From contig JADJCV010000003.1 of the NCBI GenBank assembly GCA_016703025.1, positions 23,506 through 87,505 of the forward strand: a stretch of 64,000 bases of DNA, in the 5' to 3' direction. Positions 47,218 through 56,864 of the stretch are shown piece by piece. Each line of letters begins with the position of its first letter. Position 1 is the stretch's first letter. Source of the DNA: Candidatus Avedoeria danica. GTDB lineage: Bacteria; Chloroflexota; Anaerolineae; Epilineales; Epilineaceae. The notes under the pieces are model-generated. The model was not told the origin of the DNA. It ran no database searches and saw only the letters and a program-made list of their open reading frames with translations. The translations under genes and the position numbers were made by a program.

Positions 47218-47344
47218 TGCGGGGGGTCCAGGGGGGCGCTGCGCCCCCTGGCTGGGGTGCAGGGGCCAAGCGGCCCCTGCGAACAAAATGCACGAACCCA
47301 AAAAGCCCCGTCCCCAACCACCCCCGCCCGCCGGCTCTGCACCC
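47218..47344. repeat. Right arm of the 125-bp inverted repeat; the 238-bp lower-GC core lies at 46979-47216
   Basis: See the left arm. Followed by a roughly 150-nt polypyrimidine (C/T-rich) leader up to the VWA paralog 2 start codon. Confidence 0.7.
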
Positions 47345-47501
47345 CGTCCCCTGCCCTACCTCTTCCCTTGCCCGACCTCCCACACACCCCCCCCCAACGC
47401 CCCACGCGTCCGATCACACCCTGCTATCCTTCCCCCCCGGTCGCGCCTTCTACCTCCTGCCGCACGCCGTTCGCGCCCGACGCCCAGCCGGGGGAGCCTG
47501 C

Positions 47502-50500
47502 ATGTCGATCCAACCGAAGGCCGACCCCCGGTCAGCCACGACGCTGTGCGCCGCCGCCACTCGAACCCCCATCCCTCGGGCCCCGCGCCTCTCCTCCGCG
47601 GTCGCCGCCTGTTGGGCAGCTGCACTCACGCTCGCCCTCACACTCGCCGTTGCGCTCGTCCCAACATCCCATGACGCCGCATCCGGCAGCCCCGCCGCCC
47701 AGCTCACCGCCGCCGCCTGGCGCAACACCGCCACCCACCTCCTCCCGCCCCCGCCCCCCTTCCCGCTCGCCCTCGCCTTCGACGACGCCGGCGGCCTCTA
47801 CATGGCCGACGGCCGGACGCGCCGCGTGGCGCGCTACGACGGCGCGGGGGCCGTCACGGGGGGGTGGGACGTCGACGGCGTGCCGCTGGCCCTGACGTGG
47901 GACGCGACCGAACGGGTGGTCCTCGTCTTTGTCTTCACCGGCGCCGGGCCGTTTGTCGAGGCCTGGCGGCCGGACGGCGTGCGTCTCTGGAGCGACCGCG
48001 TCACGGACCAGTTCGTCCGCGGCCTCGAGGACCAGCTGTCCGTCGATCTCGGCTGGGCCGTCGGCGACGTCGGACCGACCGTGCTCTTCAACGGCGAGGC
48101 GTCGCGCTACGACCGGGCCAGCGGCCTCCTCCAGCGCGCCGGCGGGCGCTGGATCGCCGCCGACGGCCGGCCGATGCGGATGGCCGTCCTCTCCGCCACG
48201 CTCCTCGCCGCGATCGAGCCCGCGCAGCAGCGGCTGCTCTTCGTGGACATCGCCCGCGGCGTCCGCGCCACCGTGCCACTCACGGACGTCGTCCCGCTGG
48301 CCGTTGCCGCCGGGCCGGTCCTGGCATTCTCGTCCTCCGCCGGTACGACGACCGCCCCGCCCGTCGTCGCTCACGTGCTGGCCCGCGGCGTCGAGCGCGA
48401 TCGCGTCGGCCTCGTCGTGCTCAGCATCGCCCCGGACGGCCGCGAGGTCGGGCGCTGGGCGGTGCCGCCGGCGCTCGGCGGCGCGCCCGGCGACGACGCG
48501 GCGCGCTGGTCGATCGCCGTCGGCGCCGACGGCCTGGCCTTCACGCGCGGCGTCGAGCGCTTCAGCCTCGAGCGCTTCGGGCCGGGCGGGCAGCACCGCT
48601 TCAGCGTGCCGATGGGCCGCATGGCCGGCACGTTCGGTCGCCGCGCCGCCCGGACCCGCGCCAATTTGGTCAGCGGCTCGGCCGCCCTCGGCCTCGCCGC
48701 CGGTCCGGACGGTGCGCTGGCCGTGCTCGACGGCCCGGGCTCGCGGATCCTCGCGCTCTCCGTGGACGGTGCGGCTGCGGGCAGCGTGCTCCAGCAGACC
48801 GTCCTGCCCTACGACGTCGTCGACATCGCCTCGGATGCGGACGGGGCGATGTCGAAGCCCGCCACGGCCCGCTACTTCGTGTCGCTTGCCGACGATCGGA
48901 TCCGCCGGGTGAGCGCTGCCGCCGATGTCGCGCGCTTCACCGACCCGTGGACGGCCGACTGCGGCTGCCCGCTTGGTGGACGGATGTCGATGGGCGGCGG
49001 ACGGCTCTGGCTCACGCGGCCGGCGACGCGCCGCGTGGCGGAAATGGAAGTCGATGCCGGGTCGGTGCGCGAGGTCGTCAAGGCGGGCGCGATCGGGCTC
49101 TGGCCGGCGGATATCGCGGCCGGCGAGGACGGCAGCGTCTGGGTGGCCGATGGGATCGTCGGGCGCGTCGAGCGCTGGCGGCCTGGGGCGTCCGAACCGG
49201 CAGCGGCGTGGCAGGCCGGTGTGCTGAACGGCCCGCGCCGGCTCGCGGCCGGACGATTGGCGGACGGGACGGACGCCGTTGCCGTGCTGCTGGCCGACGG
49301 CCATATCGAGATCCATGAGCGCGCCGGCGGCAACCTCATCGCGGCGTTCAAGCCGCGCCTGATCCCCGACGAGCCGTTGCTGGCGGACGACTTGTTCATC
49401 ACCGCCGGCGGTTCCCTTGCCCTGGCCGACGCCGCGCGGCGTGCCGTGCACATCTTCGCTCCCGTGGGTGCGGCGACGCCAACGCCCGACGCGACGCCGA
49501 ACGCAACGCCCGACACCGTGCCGACCAGGACGCCCGGCGCAACGCCGACGGCGATCGTCGGCGGCGGCACGTGCCGGGTCTCGGGCGACAAGGCCGTTGG
49601 GCCGAACCGGATCCTCCTCGGCCGGACGGCGGCCGTGACGCTGACGCTCAGCGTCGACTGCCCGGGCCAGCCGCGGCTACTCGGGGCGGACGTGATGCTC
49701 GTCCTCGACCGCTCGGTGTCCATGTCCGGAGACGGGCTGGCCGGGGCGAAGGCGGCGGCGCTCCAGTTCGTGTCGCTGCTCGACGTGCGCGTGCACCGCG
49801 TCGGCCTCGTTTCGTTCGGGACGGACATCCGGTTGGAGGCGGCGCTCGGCGCCGACCCGGTGCCGGTGGCCAACGGGATCAACCGACTGGTGGCCGGCGG
49901 CGAGACGAACCTCGGCGCGGCGCTCCTGGCCACCGGGCGCCACATGGAAGCGCGGCGGCGCGCGGACGCCCAGCCCGTCATCGTCCTCCTGACGGACGGC
50001 CATGACACCGTCCAGGACGCCGACCCGGTGGCCACCTCGCTCTGGCTGAAGGGCTGGGGGGTCCAGATCTACGCCGTTGGGCTCGGCGAGAGCGCGGATG
50101 CCGCATCGCTCGACCCGCTGGCGACGGACCCCGCCCACGTCTTCCTCGCGCCGTCGCCCAACGAGCTTGCGCCGATCTACGCCCAGATCGTCCGCCGTGT
50201 CGGGACGTCCGGACTGGTGGCCAACCTCAGCGTCGACGACGATCTCACGCCCGGGATCGGCCTCGAGCGCGGCTCGGCCCAGCCGCCGGCCCTCGAACGC
50301 CCGGACGGTCTGTCGTGGGGCCGGGCGGTCCTCGGCCCCGAGGGGTTCGCCGCCGAGTTCGTCATCCGTCCGACCGCGGCAGGTCGCCACGCGGTCAGCC
50401 GCTCGGCCGTCGCGCGCTGGACGGACGCCGACGGCGCCGTGTACGCCTTCCCGTTCCCGCCGGTCGAGATCGAGGTGTACGTTCCGACCGCCGTGCCGTC

Positions 50501-51113
50501 CCCGACGCCGACAGCGACGCCGGAACCGTACCGCGCCTACCTGCCCGTCCTCTGGCGCTCGGCCTGCATCCCGGCGCCCAAGCCGGCGGACGTCGTGCTC
50601 CTCATCGACACGTCCAGCAGCATGACGGGCGACAAGCTGGCCCAAGCCAAGACCGCCGCCAAGACGTTCGTCGGCCTGCTCGACCTCCCGCGCGACCACG
50701 CCGCCGTCGTCTCGTTCGACGAGGAGCCGCGCGCGACGACCGGGTTGTCGGGCAGCCTGGCGGCGCTCGAGGCGGCCATCGGGTCCCTCACGAACGGCAC
50801 CGGAACGCGGATCGACCGCGCCCTCGAGGCCGCGCACGCCATGCTGGCCACGACCCGTGCCGATCCGTCGCGCCGCGCCGTCGTCGTGCTCCTGACGGAC
50901 GGCGGCCAGTCCGGACCGCTCCCGCCCGTTCTCACCGCCGCCGAAGCGCTCCGGACCAGCGGGACCGTGCTCTACGCCGTCGGCCTCGGCCCGGACGCCG
51001 ACCTGGCGCTCCTGCGCACCGTCGCCGGCCCCGGCCGCCTCTTCACCGCGCCCACGCCGGCCGATCTGGCGGCCATCTACGCGGAGGTGGCGGCGGTGAC
51101 GGGGTGTCGGTGA
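47502..51113 (+). CDS. Large secreted NHL/beta-propeller-like protein with two VWA domains separated by a PT linker (VWA paralog 2, tandem to 42621..46298)
   Basis: Start Met96 of the track ORF with GGGGGAG 5 nt upstream. Signal peptide MSIQPKADPRSATTLCAAATR...AACWAAALTLALTLAVALVP. Same architecture and conserved blocks as paralog 1 (RVSGDKAVGPNRILLGRTAAVTLTLSVDCP...DVMLVLDRSVSM...; ...DVVLLIDTSSSMTGDK...LLTDGGQSG). Ends ...AVTGCR like paralog 1 (...GQTRCR). Confidence 0.8.
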   Translation: MSIQPKADPRSATTLCAAATRTPIPRAPRLSSAVAACWAAALTLALTLAVALVPTSHDAASGSPAAQLTAAAWRNTATHLLPPPPPFPLALAFDDAGGLYMADGRTRRVARYDGAGAVTGGWDVDGVPLALTWDATERVVLVFVFTGAGPFVEAWRPDGVRLWSDRVTDQFVRGLEDQLSVDLGWAVGDVGPTVLFNGEASRYDRASGLLQRAGGRWIAADGRPMRMAVLSATLLAAIEPAQQRLLFVDIARGVRATVPLTDVVPLAVAAGPVLAFSSSAGTTTAPPVVAHVLARGVERDRVGLVVLSIAPDGREVGRWAVPPALGGAPGDDAARWSIAVGADGLAFTRGVERFSLERFGPGGQHRFSVPMGRMAGTFGRRAARTRANLVSGSAALGLAAGPDGALAVLDGPGSRILALSVDGAAAGSVLQQTVLPYDVVDIASDADGAMSKPATARYFVSLADDRIRRVSAAADVARFTDPWTADCGCPLGGRMSMGGGRLWLTRPATRRVAEMEVDAGSVREVVKAGAIGLWPADIAAGEDGSVWVADGIVGRVERWRPGASEPAAAWQAGVLNGPRRLAAGRLADGTDAVAVLLADGHIEIHERAGGNLIAAFKPRLIPDEPLLADDLFITAGGSLALADAARRAVHIFAPVGAATPTPDATPNATPDTVPTRTPGATPTAIVGGGTCRVSGDKAVGPNRILLGRTAAVTLTLSVDCPGQPRLLGADVMLVLDRSVSMSGDGLAGAKAAALQFVSLLDVRVHRVGLVSFGTDIRLEAALGADPVPVANGINRLVAGGETNLGAALLATGRHMEARRRADAQPVIVLLTDGHDTVQDADPVATSLWLKGWGVQIYAVGLGESADAASLDPLATDPAHVFLAPSPNELAPIYAQIVRRVGTSGLVANLSVDDDLTPGIGLERGSAQPPALERPDGLSWGRAVLGPEGFAAEFVIRPTAAGRHAVSRSAVARWTDADGAVYAFPFPPVEIEVYVPTAVPSPTPTATPEPYRAYLPVLWRSACIPAPKPADVVLLIDTSSSMTGDKLAQAKTAAKTFVGLLDLPRDHAAVVSFDEEPRATTGLSGSLAALEAAIGSLTNGTGTRIDRALEAAHAMLATTRADPSRRAVVVLLTDGGQSGPLPPVLTAAEALRTSGTVLYAVGLGPDADLALLRTVAGPGRLFTAPTPADLAAIYAEVAAVTGCR

Positions 51114-51152
51114 CTGCTGCCACCCCGTGACACGCGCGCCCGTTGGTTCTTT

Positions 51153-54100
51153 TCAGCGCCGCCCCGCCCAAGGCAGCCAAACCACCCGTTCGCGCCCCGG
51201 CGTGAGCACCGGCGGCGGCGTGCGCGGCTCCGGCGTGCCCGTCGGCTCGATCGTCGGCCGCGGCGTCATCGTCGGGGGCGGGGTGGCGGTCGGGAGGAGC
51301 GTGTCCAGGAAGCCGGACGGGAAGTAGGCGTAGCCGGACTGCTGACCGAACCGGTACGCGAGGCGCGTGAAGCGCGTGCTCTCGCCGATGCGGGCCGCTT
51401 GCGGCCGCACGACGACGCCGATCAGCTGCGGCCGGCCGCGCGGCAGGCGCTCGAACGTCCAGATCGCTTCGGCCGGGTGGTCGGGGTCCAACGTTCGTGG
51501 CAGCGGCACGTACTTGTCGAAGTCGGGCTCGATGTCCTCCGGATAACCCTCGATGATCTGAATGGCCGTCGGCTGTACATTGCCGAGGTCGGCGGCGATG
51601 CCCTTGAACAACTCCACGAGCAGTGCGCTGTCCGGGGCGAGCAGCGCATCGGGCCCGCTCGAGGCGACGGATGCCAGCTCAGGGTCGCAGTCGCCGGCGC
51701 AGACCGTGATGATCCGGATGCCCTTGGCCTTCATCCCCGTCGCCGTCGCGAGCATCACCGGCGCCGCGCCGGCCGCCTCGCGGCCGTCCGTCAGGAGGAC
51801 GACCGCGCCGACGGCGTCCGGCCGGCGGGCATCGAGCAGTCCCTCGGCGGCGACGAGGGCGCTCGTGATCGCCGTCCGGCCGTTGGCCTCGAGCCGGGCG
51901 AGGGCGCTGCGGACGGCCCGGAAGTCGGCGTCCAGCGGCAGCCGGGCGTCGACCTCGGTGCTGAACGTCACGAGCCCGACGCGGGTGCCGGACGGCACGC
52001 CGTCCAGGAAGCCCTCTGCGGCCCGCACGGCGTTCGTCAGGCGAGACTGGCTGGCCATCGAATCGGAGTGGTCGATGACGAGCACGACGTCCAGCTTGGC
52101 GGTCGTCGGCGGGCAGACCAGCGCGGCGGAGAGCGTGAAGGTGATCGGGTCGCCGGCGACGGCACCGGCCCGGCGCGGCAGGCGATCGAGGTCGGGCGTG
52201 CACGGACCGGCGGTGCCGGGGGGGAAGACCGTCACCGCGGGCGATGCAAGGCGGGTCGTGGCCGAGCGGTCGACCTCGTCGACGAACGTCAGGCGCGTGT
52301 CCGTGCCGAGCGGCAAGTCCGTGCCGAGCGCCTGTGGCTGGACTGCATAGCGCACCGACTCGCTGCCGGCTCCGGAGCGGGTCGTCACGTGCCACGTCAG
52401 CCGCTGGCCATCGATCGCATCGGGCGGCGGCACGGCCGAGTCGGCGACGTAGCGCATGTCCGGCGGCAGCGTTTCCTCGATCGTGGCTTGCTTGATCCGG
52501 ATCGTGCCGTACCGGTGGGCGAGGGCGCTGAGGAGCCCGTCGAGCCCGGTCGCGTGAACGGTGTGGTGCTCGCTCGGGCCGCTGGCCGACTGTTCCAGCG
52601 CCGGGTGGCAGCGCACGTCGATGCAGATCGTCGTGACGCGGACGCCGTCGGACTTGAGCCGGTCGGCCGCGGCCAGCAGCGCCTCAGGGGCCTGGTAGCC
52701 GTCGGTGATCAGGATGACCCCGGCCGCGGCGTCGGGGCGCCGCCACTGCAGCTCGTCACCGGCGGCGGCCAGGCCGGCGGACATGTTCGGCTCACCGAAA
52801 CCACCGCCCGTGATGTCGCCCAGCGAGTCGAGCGTGCCGTGGATGCGGTCGAGGTTGGCCGAGAGCGGCACGCGCAGCACGCGCTGATCCAGCGTCACGA
52901 GGCCGGCGTTGACGTCCAGCGCAGCCGTCTCGTAGAGCAGCGTCCGCACCGCACCGCGAATCCGCGAGAGCTCGTCGACCGTCATCGTCACGCCGGCATC
53001 CAGGACGATGACGAGGTCCTGCCGCCGCAGATCGGTCGGACAGTTCGTGTCGAACGCCACCGTCACGTTCACCGGTTGCGACAGCACGACGCTCGGCTCC
53101 CAGCGCGTCTTGACCGCCGGCGGCGTGCAGGCGGTGCCGGCCGATGCGGCGATGACGGACAGCGGCGCGCCGGGCAGGCGCAGGCGGGCCGAGCTGTACG
53201 CGTCGTTGTACACCAGCCGCGCCGTGCCCTCGCCGGCGTAGCGGACGGGGCCGAGCGCCGCGGCGGTGAAGCTGTAGCGCACGTGCAGCGGTACATCCAC
53301 CTGTGCCGCGAGCGGGCCGATGTGGAGCCCGGCCCCGTCCGCGGTGACCGAGCCGGGCGTGCTCGTCACGGCGCTGCCGGGGACGTACCGTGCGCCGAGC
53401 GGCAGCACGTCGTCCACGGCGATGGAAGTCAGCGCGGCGGCCGTGCCGCGATGCTCGGTGAGCACCCGGCCGAGGAGGATCGCGTCGCGCAGGCGCTGCA
53501 GGTCGGGGAAGTCGTAGGCCCACGTGAGCGCCGGGTCGCAGCCGCCACCGACGCAGATCGGCACGATCTCGATGCCGCGCGCGTCCGCTCGCTTCAGCGC
53601 CGCCGCGACGGCGGACGGGGAGGACCGGACGGCCAGCGAGTTGCCGATGTAGTACACGATCTCGTGCGACAGCGGCTGGCGCACGATCGTGTCGATGGCG
53701 GCGTTCAAGGCGGCCACGGCGGTGCCGCCGGACTCGCCCCGCCAAGCGCGGATCGGGGCGTTCAGCGTGTTCACGTCGCGCGTCGGCGGGACGACGACGG
53801 GCTGCGGCGCGACGTTCCAGACGATGCCGTATATCCCGTCCGCGCCGCCCGGCGGATCGTACCACGCGCGCGCCGTCGTCACGTAGCGCTCGATGTTCTC
53901 GTCCGTCAGGCCCGCCGGCGGCTGGAGGGCGATGATCCCGTTGGACTGCACCGGGAAGGCCCAGCAGCCGCGCGGGGTGAACTGCAGCGTGACCTCGACG
54001 CGGTCGCCCGGACGGGCCGCTTCCGGGTTGTAGCGCCGGCTGGCCTCGAGCCGGCAGTCGCTGTCGGCGCGCGGGACGACGACGGTGAGCGGGATGTCGA

Positions 54101-54680
54101 TGTCGGCGGTGAGCGGCCGGCGCTCGAGGAGCGGCTCGGGCTCGCGCCGCAGCAGCCGCGTGGTGTCGAACGCGACGCCCCAGGCGTAGCGCGCTTCGCC
54201 GGCGGCGCTGACGGCCGGGTCAACCGGGGCGGCGCGCAGGCGGTAGCGGACCTCGCGGATCATGATGCCCCCGTCCTCGGCACCGGCGGCGAACCGCCAC
54301 ACCGCCTCCGTCGGCGACCATGCGTCCGGCGGCGGATCGGTGCCGTCGGGTCCGGGGCTGATCGGGCTGAGCGTCAGGCCGGCCGGCAGCGTCTCGGTGA
54401 TCGCCATGCCCTGCAGATCGTCGATGCCCGCGATGCCGCAGTCCACCTCGGCCCAGATCGCGACCTCGACCTCGCCGCCCCAGGCCACCTTCGAGACCTG
54501 CACGCCGTTGCGGTAGAAATCGCGGCTGTAACGGGCGCTGCACGGGCGGTCCGCCGCGGCGGGGCGGGCCAGCGCGCTTCCGCGGGCCGGCCCGGCGGCG
54601 AGGCAGCAGATGGCCGTGGCCAGCACGGGGGCGGCCAAGACGAACGGCGTTCGCGTTCGGCGGACGATGGCGACGGCCAT
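51153..54680 (-). CDS. Large secreted multi-VWA-domain protein (about 1175 aa), convergent with VWA paralog 2
   Basis: Start Met16 (MAVAIVRRTRTPFVLAAPVLATAICCLAAGPARG, signal). At least three MIDAS-type motifs (LVIVLDAGVTMT, VVLVIDHSDSMAS, plus LITDGYQAP and LLTDGREAAG). C-terminal PT segment (TATPPPTMTPRPTIEPTGTPEPRTPPP). Confidence 0.75.
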   Translation of the reverse strand: MAVAIVRRTRTPFVLAAPVLATAICCLAAGPARGSALARPAAADRPCSARYSRDFYRNGVQVSKVAWGGEVEVAIWAEVDCGIAGIDDLQGMAITETLPAGLTLSPISPGPDGTDPPPDAWSPTEAVWRFAAGAEDGGIMIREVRYRLRAAPVDPAVSAAGEARYAWGVAFDTTRLLRREPEPLLERRPLTADIDIPLTVVVPRADSDCRLEASRRYNPEAARPGDRVEVTLQFTPRGCWAFPVQSNGIIALQPPAGLTDENIERYVTTARAWYDPPGGADGIYGIVWNVAPQPVVVPPTRDVNTLNAPIRAWRGESGGTAVAALNAAIDTIVRQPLSHEIVYYIGNSLAVRSSPSAVAAALKRADARGIEIVPICVGGGCDPALTWAYDFPDLQRLRDAILLGRVLTEHRGTAAALTSIAVDDVLPLGARYVPGSAVTSTPGSVTADGAGLHIGPLAAQVDVPLHVRYSFTAAALGPVRYAGEGTARLVYNDAYSSARLRLPGAPLSVIAASAGTACTPPAVKTRWEPSVVLSQPVNVTVAFDTNCPTDLRRQDLVIVLDAGVTMTVDELSRIRGAVRTLLYETAALDVNAGLVTLDQRVLRVPLSANLDRIHGTLDSLGDITGGGFGEPNMSAGLAAAGDELQWRRPDAAAGVILITDGYQAPEALLAAADRLKSDGVRVTTICIDVRCHPALEQSASGPSEHHTVHATGLDGLLSALAHRYGTIRIKQATIEETLPPDMRYVADSAVPPPDAIDGQRLTWHVTTRSGAGSESVRYAVQPQALGTDLPLGTDTRLTFVDEVDRSATTRLASPAVTVFPPGTAGPCTPDLDRLPRRAGAVAGDPITFTLSAALVCPPTTAKLDVVLVIDHSDSMASQSRLTNAVRAAEGFLDGVPSGTRVGLVTFSTEVDARLPLDADFRAVRSALARLEANGRTAITSALVAAEGLLDARRPDAVGAVVLLTDGREAAGAAPVMLATATGMKAKGIRIITVCAGDCDPELASVASSGPDALLAPDSALLVELFKGIAADLGNVQPTAIQIIEGYPEDIEPDFDKYVPLPRTLDPDHPAEAIWTFERLPRGRPQLIGVVVRPQAARIGESTRFTRLAYRFGQQSGYAYFPSGFLDTLLPTATPPPTMTPRPTIEPTGTPEPRTPPPVLTPGRERVVWLPWAGRR

Positions 54681-54825
54681 GTGCGACTCCGTGGTGCGAT
54701 CGGCGCGGCACGCCAGGAAGAACACGCGCCGACCGCGGATCTGGACAGCTGATCAAGGATAGGGACAGCGGACTCCGGCTGAAGGTTGCACCGTCCGCCG
54801 GAAGGCGCTCTGCTAGGATAGCGCG

Positions 54826-55404
54826 ATGACCGATCTCGTGCCGTTCCGCCGCCACACGACCGACGATCTGCGGGCCGCCCGCCCGTCCGCCGCCGCGCGC
54901 GACGCGACGCGCCTGCCGGTCGTCGTCGTGCTGGACAACGTGCGCTCGGCCTACAACACCGGCCTGATCTTCAGGCTGTGCGACTGCATCAACGTCACGT
55001 CGCTCTGGTTGACCGGCTGCACGCCCTATCCGGGTGCGAACGCACACGCCGACTTCCATCTGCGCAAGACCGGTGTCGGCGGCAGCATCGACGCGCTGCC
55101 GTGGCGGCACGTTTCCGAAGCGGCGCCCGAGGTTGCGCGGCTGAAGGCGGACGGCTGGCGCGTGATCGCCGTCGAGCAGGCGACGGGCAGCATGCCGCTG
55201 GCCGTCGCCGACCTCGCGCCGCCCGTCGTCCTCATCTTCGGCCACGAGCGACTTGGCGTGGACGACGCGCTCTTGGCGCTGGCCGACGCTGTCGTCGAGC
55301 TGCCGGTGCGCGGCGTGAGCAACAGCCTGAACGTGGCGCTCTGCGCCAGCGCGGTGCTCTACGCGGGGCTGCCGACATGGGAGCGGTCGATTCACGGCGG
55401 CTGA
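54826..55404 (+). CDS. SpoU/TrmH-family RNA 2'-O-methyltransferase
   Basis: 192 aa. VVVLDNVRSAYNTGLIFRLCD...VIAVEQATGS...LIFGHERLGVD...ELPVRGVSNSLNVALCASAVLY are the SPOUT motifs. -10-like TAGGAT 6 nt upstream of the ATG (leaderless pattern). Confidence 0.8.
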   Translation: MTDLVPFRRHTTDDLRAARPSAAARDATRLPVVVVLDNVRSAYNTGLIFRLCDCINVTSLWLTGCTPYPGANAHADFHLRKTGVGGSIDALPWRHVSEAAPEVARLKADGWRVIAVEQATGSMPLAVADLAPPVVLIFGHERLGVDDALLALADAVVELPVRGVSNSLNVALCASAVLYAGLPTWERSIHGG

Positions 55405-55581
55405 CGGATCGCGCGGCGCCCGTCGGGACCGCGCACGGATGGGTCCGCCATCGAGCCGAGTGGGCTTGAACGGTCCCCCGTGCGGGCGTACCATCCGCCG
55501 CGCAATCCCGCCTCCCAACGGCGACGCCCAGCGGGGCGTCGGTGCCGCGCGGTGCGGCGGGCCGCCTGAGGAGGCGAGACA

Positions 55582-56733
55582 ATGTCGGATAGGGTGACGG
55601 TCACCACCCACCAGTCGTGGGTCAGCCGCGTCGGCGGTTCGTTCGCCGGGGCGCTGTTCGGGCTGCTGATGGCCCTGGCCAGCTTCCCGCTGCTGTTCTG
55701 GAACGAGGGCCGCGCGGTCACGACGGCGCGCACGTTGAACGAAGGCTCCAAGACGGTGCTCTCGGTCTCGGCGGAGGGGGTCGACGTGGCCAACGACGGC
55801 AAGCTCGTCCATATGACGGGGTTGGCGACGACGGCTGAGACGCTCACCGACCCGACGTTCGATGTCTCGGCGAATGCGCTCAAGCTGACCCGCTCGGTCG
55901 AGATGTACCAGTGGCAGGAATCGTCGCGCTCCGAGACGAAGACGAAGCTGGGCGGAGGGCAGGAGACGGTCACAACCTACACCTACGACAAGGGTTGGTC
56001 CGATCAGGCGATCGACTCGTCCGGCTTCCAGGAGCCCGACGGCCATCAGAACACCGGCGAGATGCCGTACGACAGCGACAGCTGGACGGCCGACCGCGTG
56101 ACGCTCGGCGCCTTCGTCCTGCCCGCCGACCTCGTCGCCAAGCTCGGCGACGGCGACGCGATCCCGGTGCCGGACAGCGCGGCCAGGGACGGCCGCCGGA
56201 TCCAGGCGGATCGCCTCTACATCGGCAAGGACCCCGACGCGCCGGCGGTCGGCGACGTGCGGATTCGGTTCACGGCGCTCGAGCCGCAGACGGTGAGCGT
56301 CGTCGCGGCGCAGTCACAGGGCACGCTGGAGGCGTACACCGGGGCCGGCAAGGCGATCGAGATGGCCGCGGTGGGCACGCATACGGCCGAGTCGATGTTC
56401 GCCGACGCCAAGGCGGAGAACACGCTGATCCTGTGGTTCGTGCGCCTGTTCGGCTACCTCCTCATGGCCTTCGGGATTCTGCTCGTCTTCAACCCGCTCG
56501 GCGTCATCGGGTCCGTCATCCCGTTCGTGGGCCGCCTGATGGGCTTCGGCGCCGGGCTGTTCAGCTTCCTCATCGCCGTGCCGCTCACGCTGATCACGAT
56601 CGCGCTCGGGTGGGTGGCATACCGGCCGGTGGTGGCGGTGGTGCTCATCGCGATCGCGGTGGGCGTCGTGTGGCTGGCGCTGCGGCTGCGGAAGGGGGCG
56701 GTGGCGAAGGCGACGGGGGGGGCGGCGGCCTGA
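55582..56733 (+). CDS. TMEM43-family-like membrane protein (N-terminal TM, large extracytoplasmic domain, C-terminal TM cluster)
   Basis: SD GAGGAGG upstream. N-terminal TM SFAGALFGLLMALASFPLLFWNEGRAV. C-terminal hydrophobic helices (LILWFVRLFGYLLMAFGILLVFNPLGVIGSVIPFVGRLMGFGAGLFSFLIAVPLTLITIALGWVAY). The family call is a recalled resemblance. Confidence 0.6.
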   Translation: MSDRVTVTTHQSWVSRVGGSFAGALFGLLMALASFPLLFWNEGRAVTTARTLNEGSKTVLSVSAEGVDVANDGKLVHMTGLATTAETLTDPTFDVSANALKLTRSVEMYQWQESSRSETKTKLGGGQETVTTYTYDKGWSDQAIDSSGFQEPDGHQNTGEMPYDSDSWTADRVTLGAFVLPADLVAKLGDGDAIPVPDSAARDGRRIQADRLYIGKDPDAPAVGDVRIRFTALEPQTVSVVAAQSQGTLEAYTGAGKAIEMAAVGTHTAESMFADAKAENTLILWFVRLFGYLLMAFGILLVFNPLGVIGSVIPFVGRLMGFGAGLFSFLIAVPLTLITIALGWVAYRPVVAVVLIAIAVGVVWLALRLRKGAVAKATGGAAA

Positions 56734-56864
56734 TCTGGGGCGTCGCGGTGTCGGTTGCGGCGGTTGCGACGGGTGCGCGGCGGCTGCGCGGCGGTGAAAC
56801 GGCGTTTCGGACATCCGAATCCACGGTAGGCTGCGGGGGTTGTCAGAACAAGGAGGCCCCGCAG

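Noticed and set aside
46854-47344. Inverted-repeat structure considered as an autonomous IS element
   Set aside because: No transposase or recombinase ORF lies within or beside it. The arms are far longer than IS terminal inverted repeats. It is kept as a MITE-like/inverton candidate in the findings.
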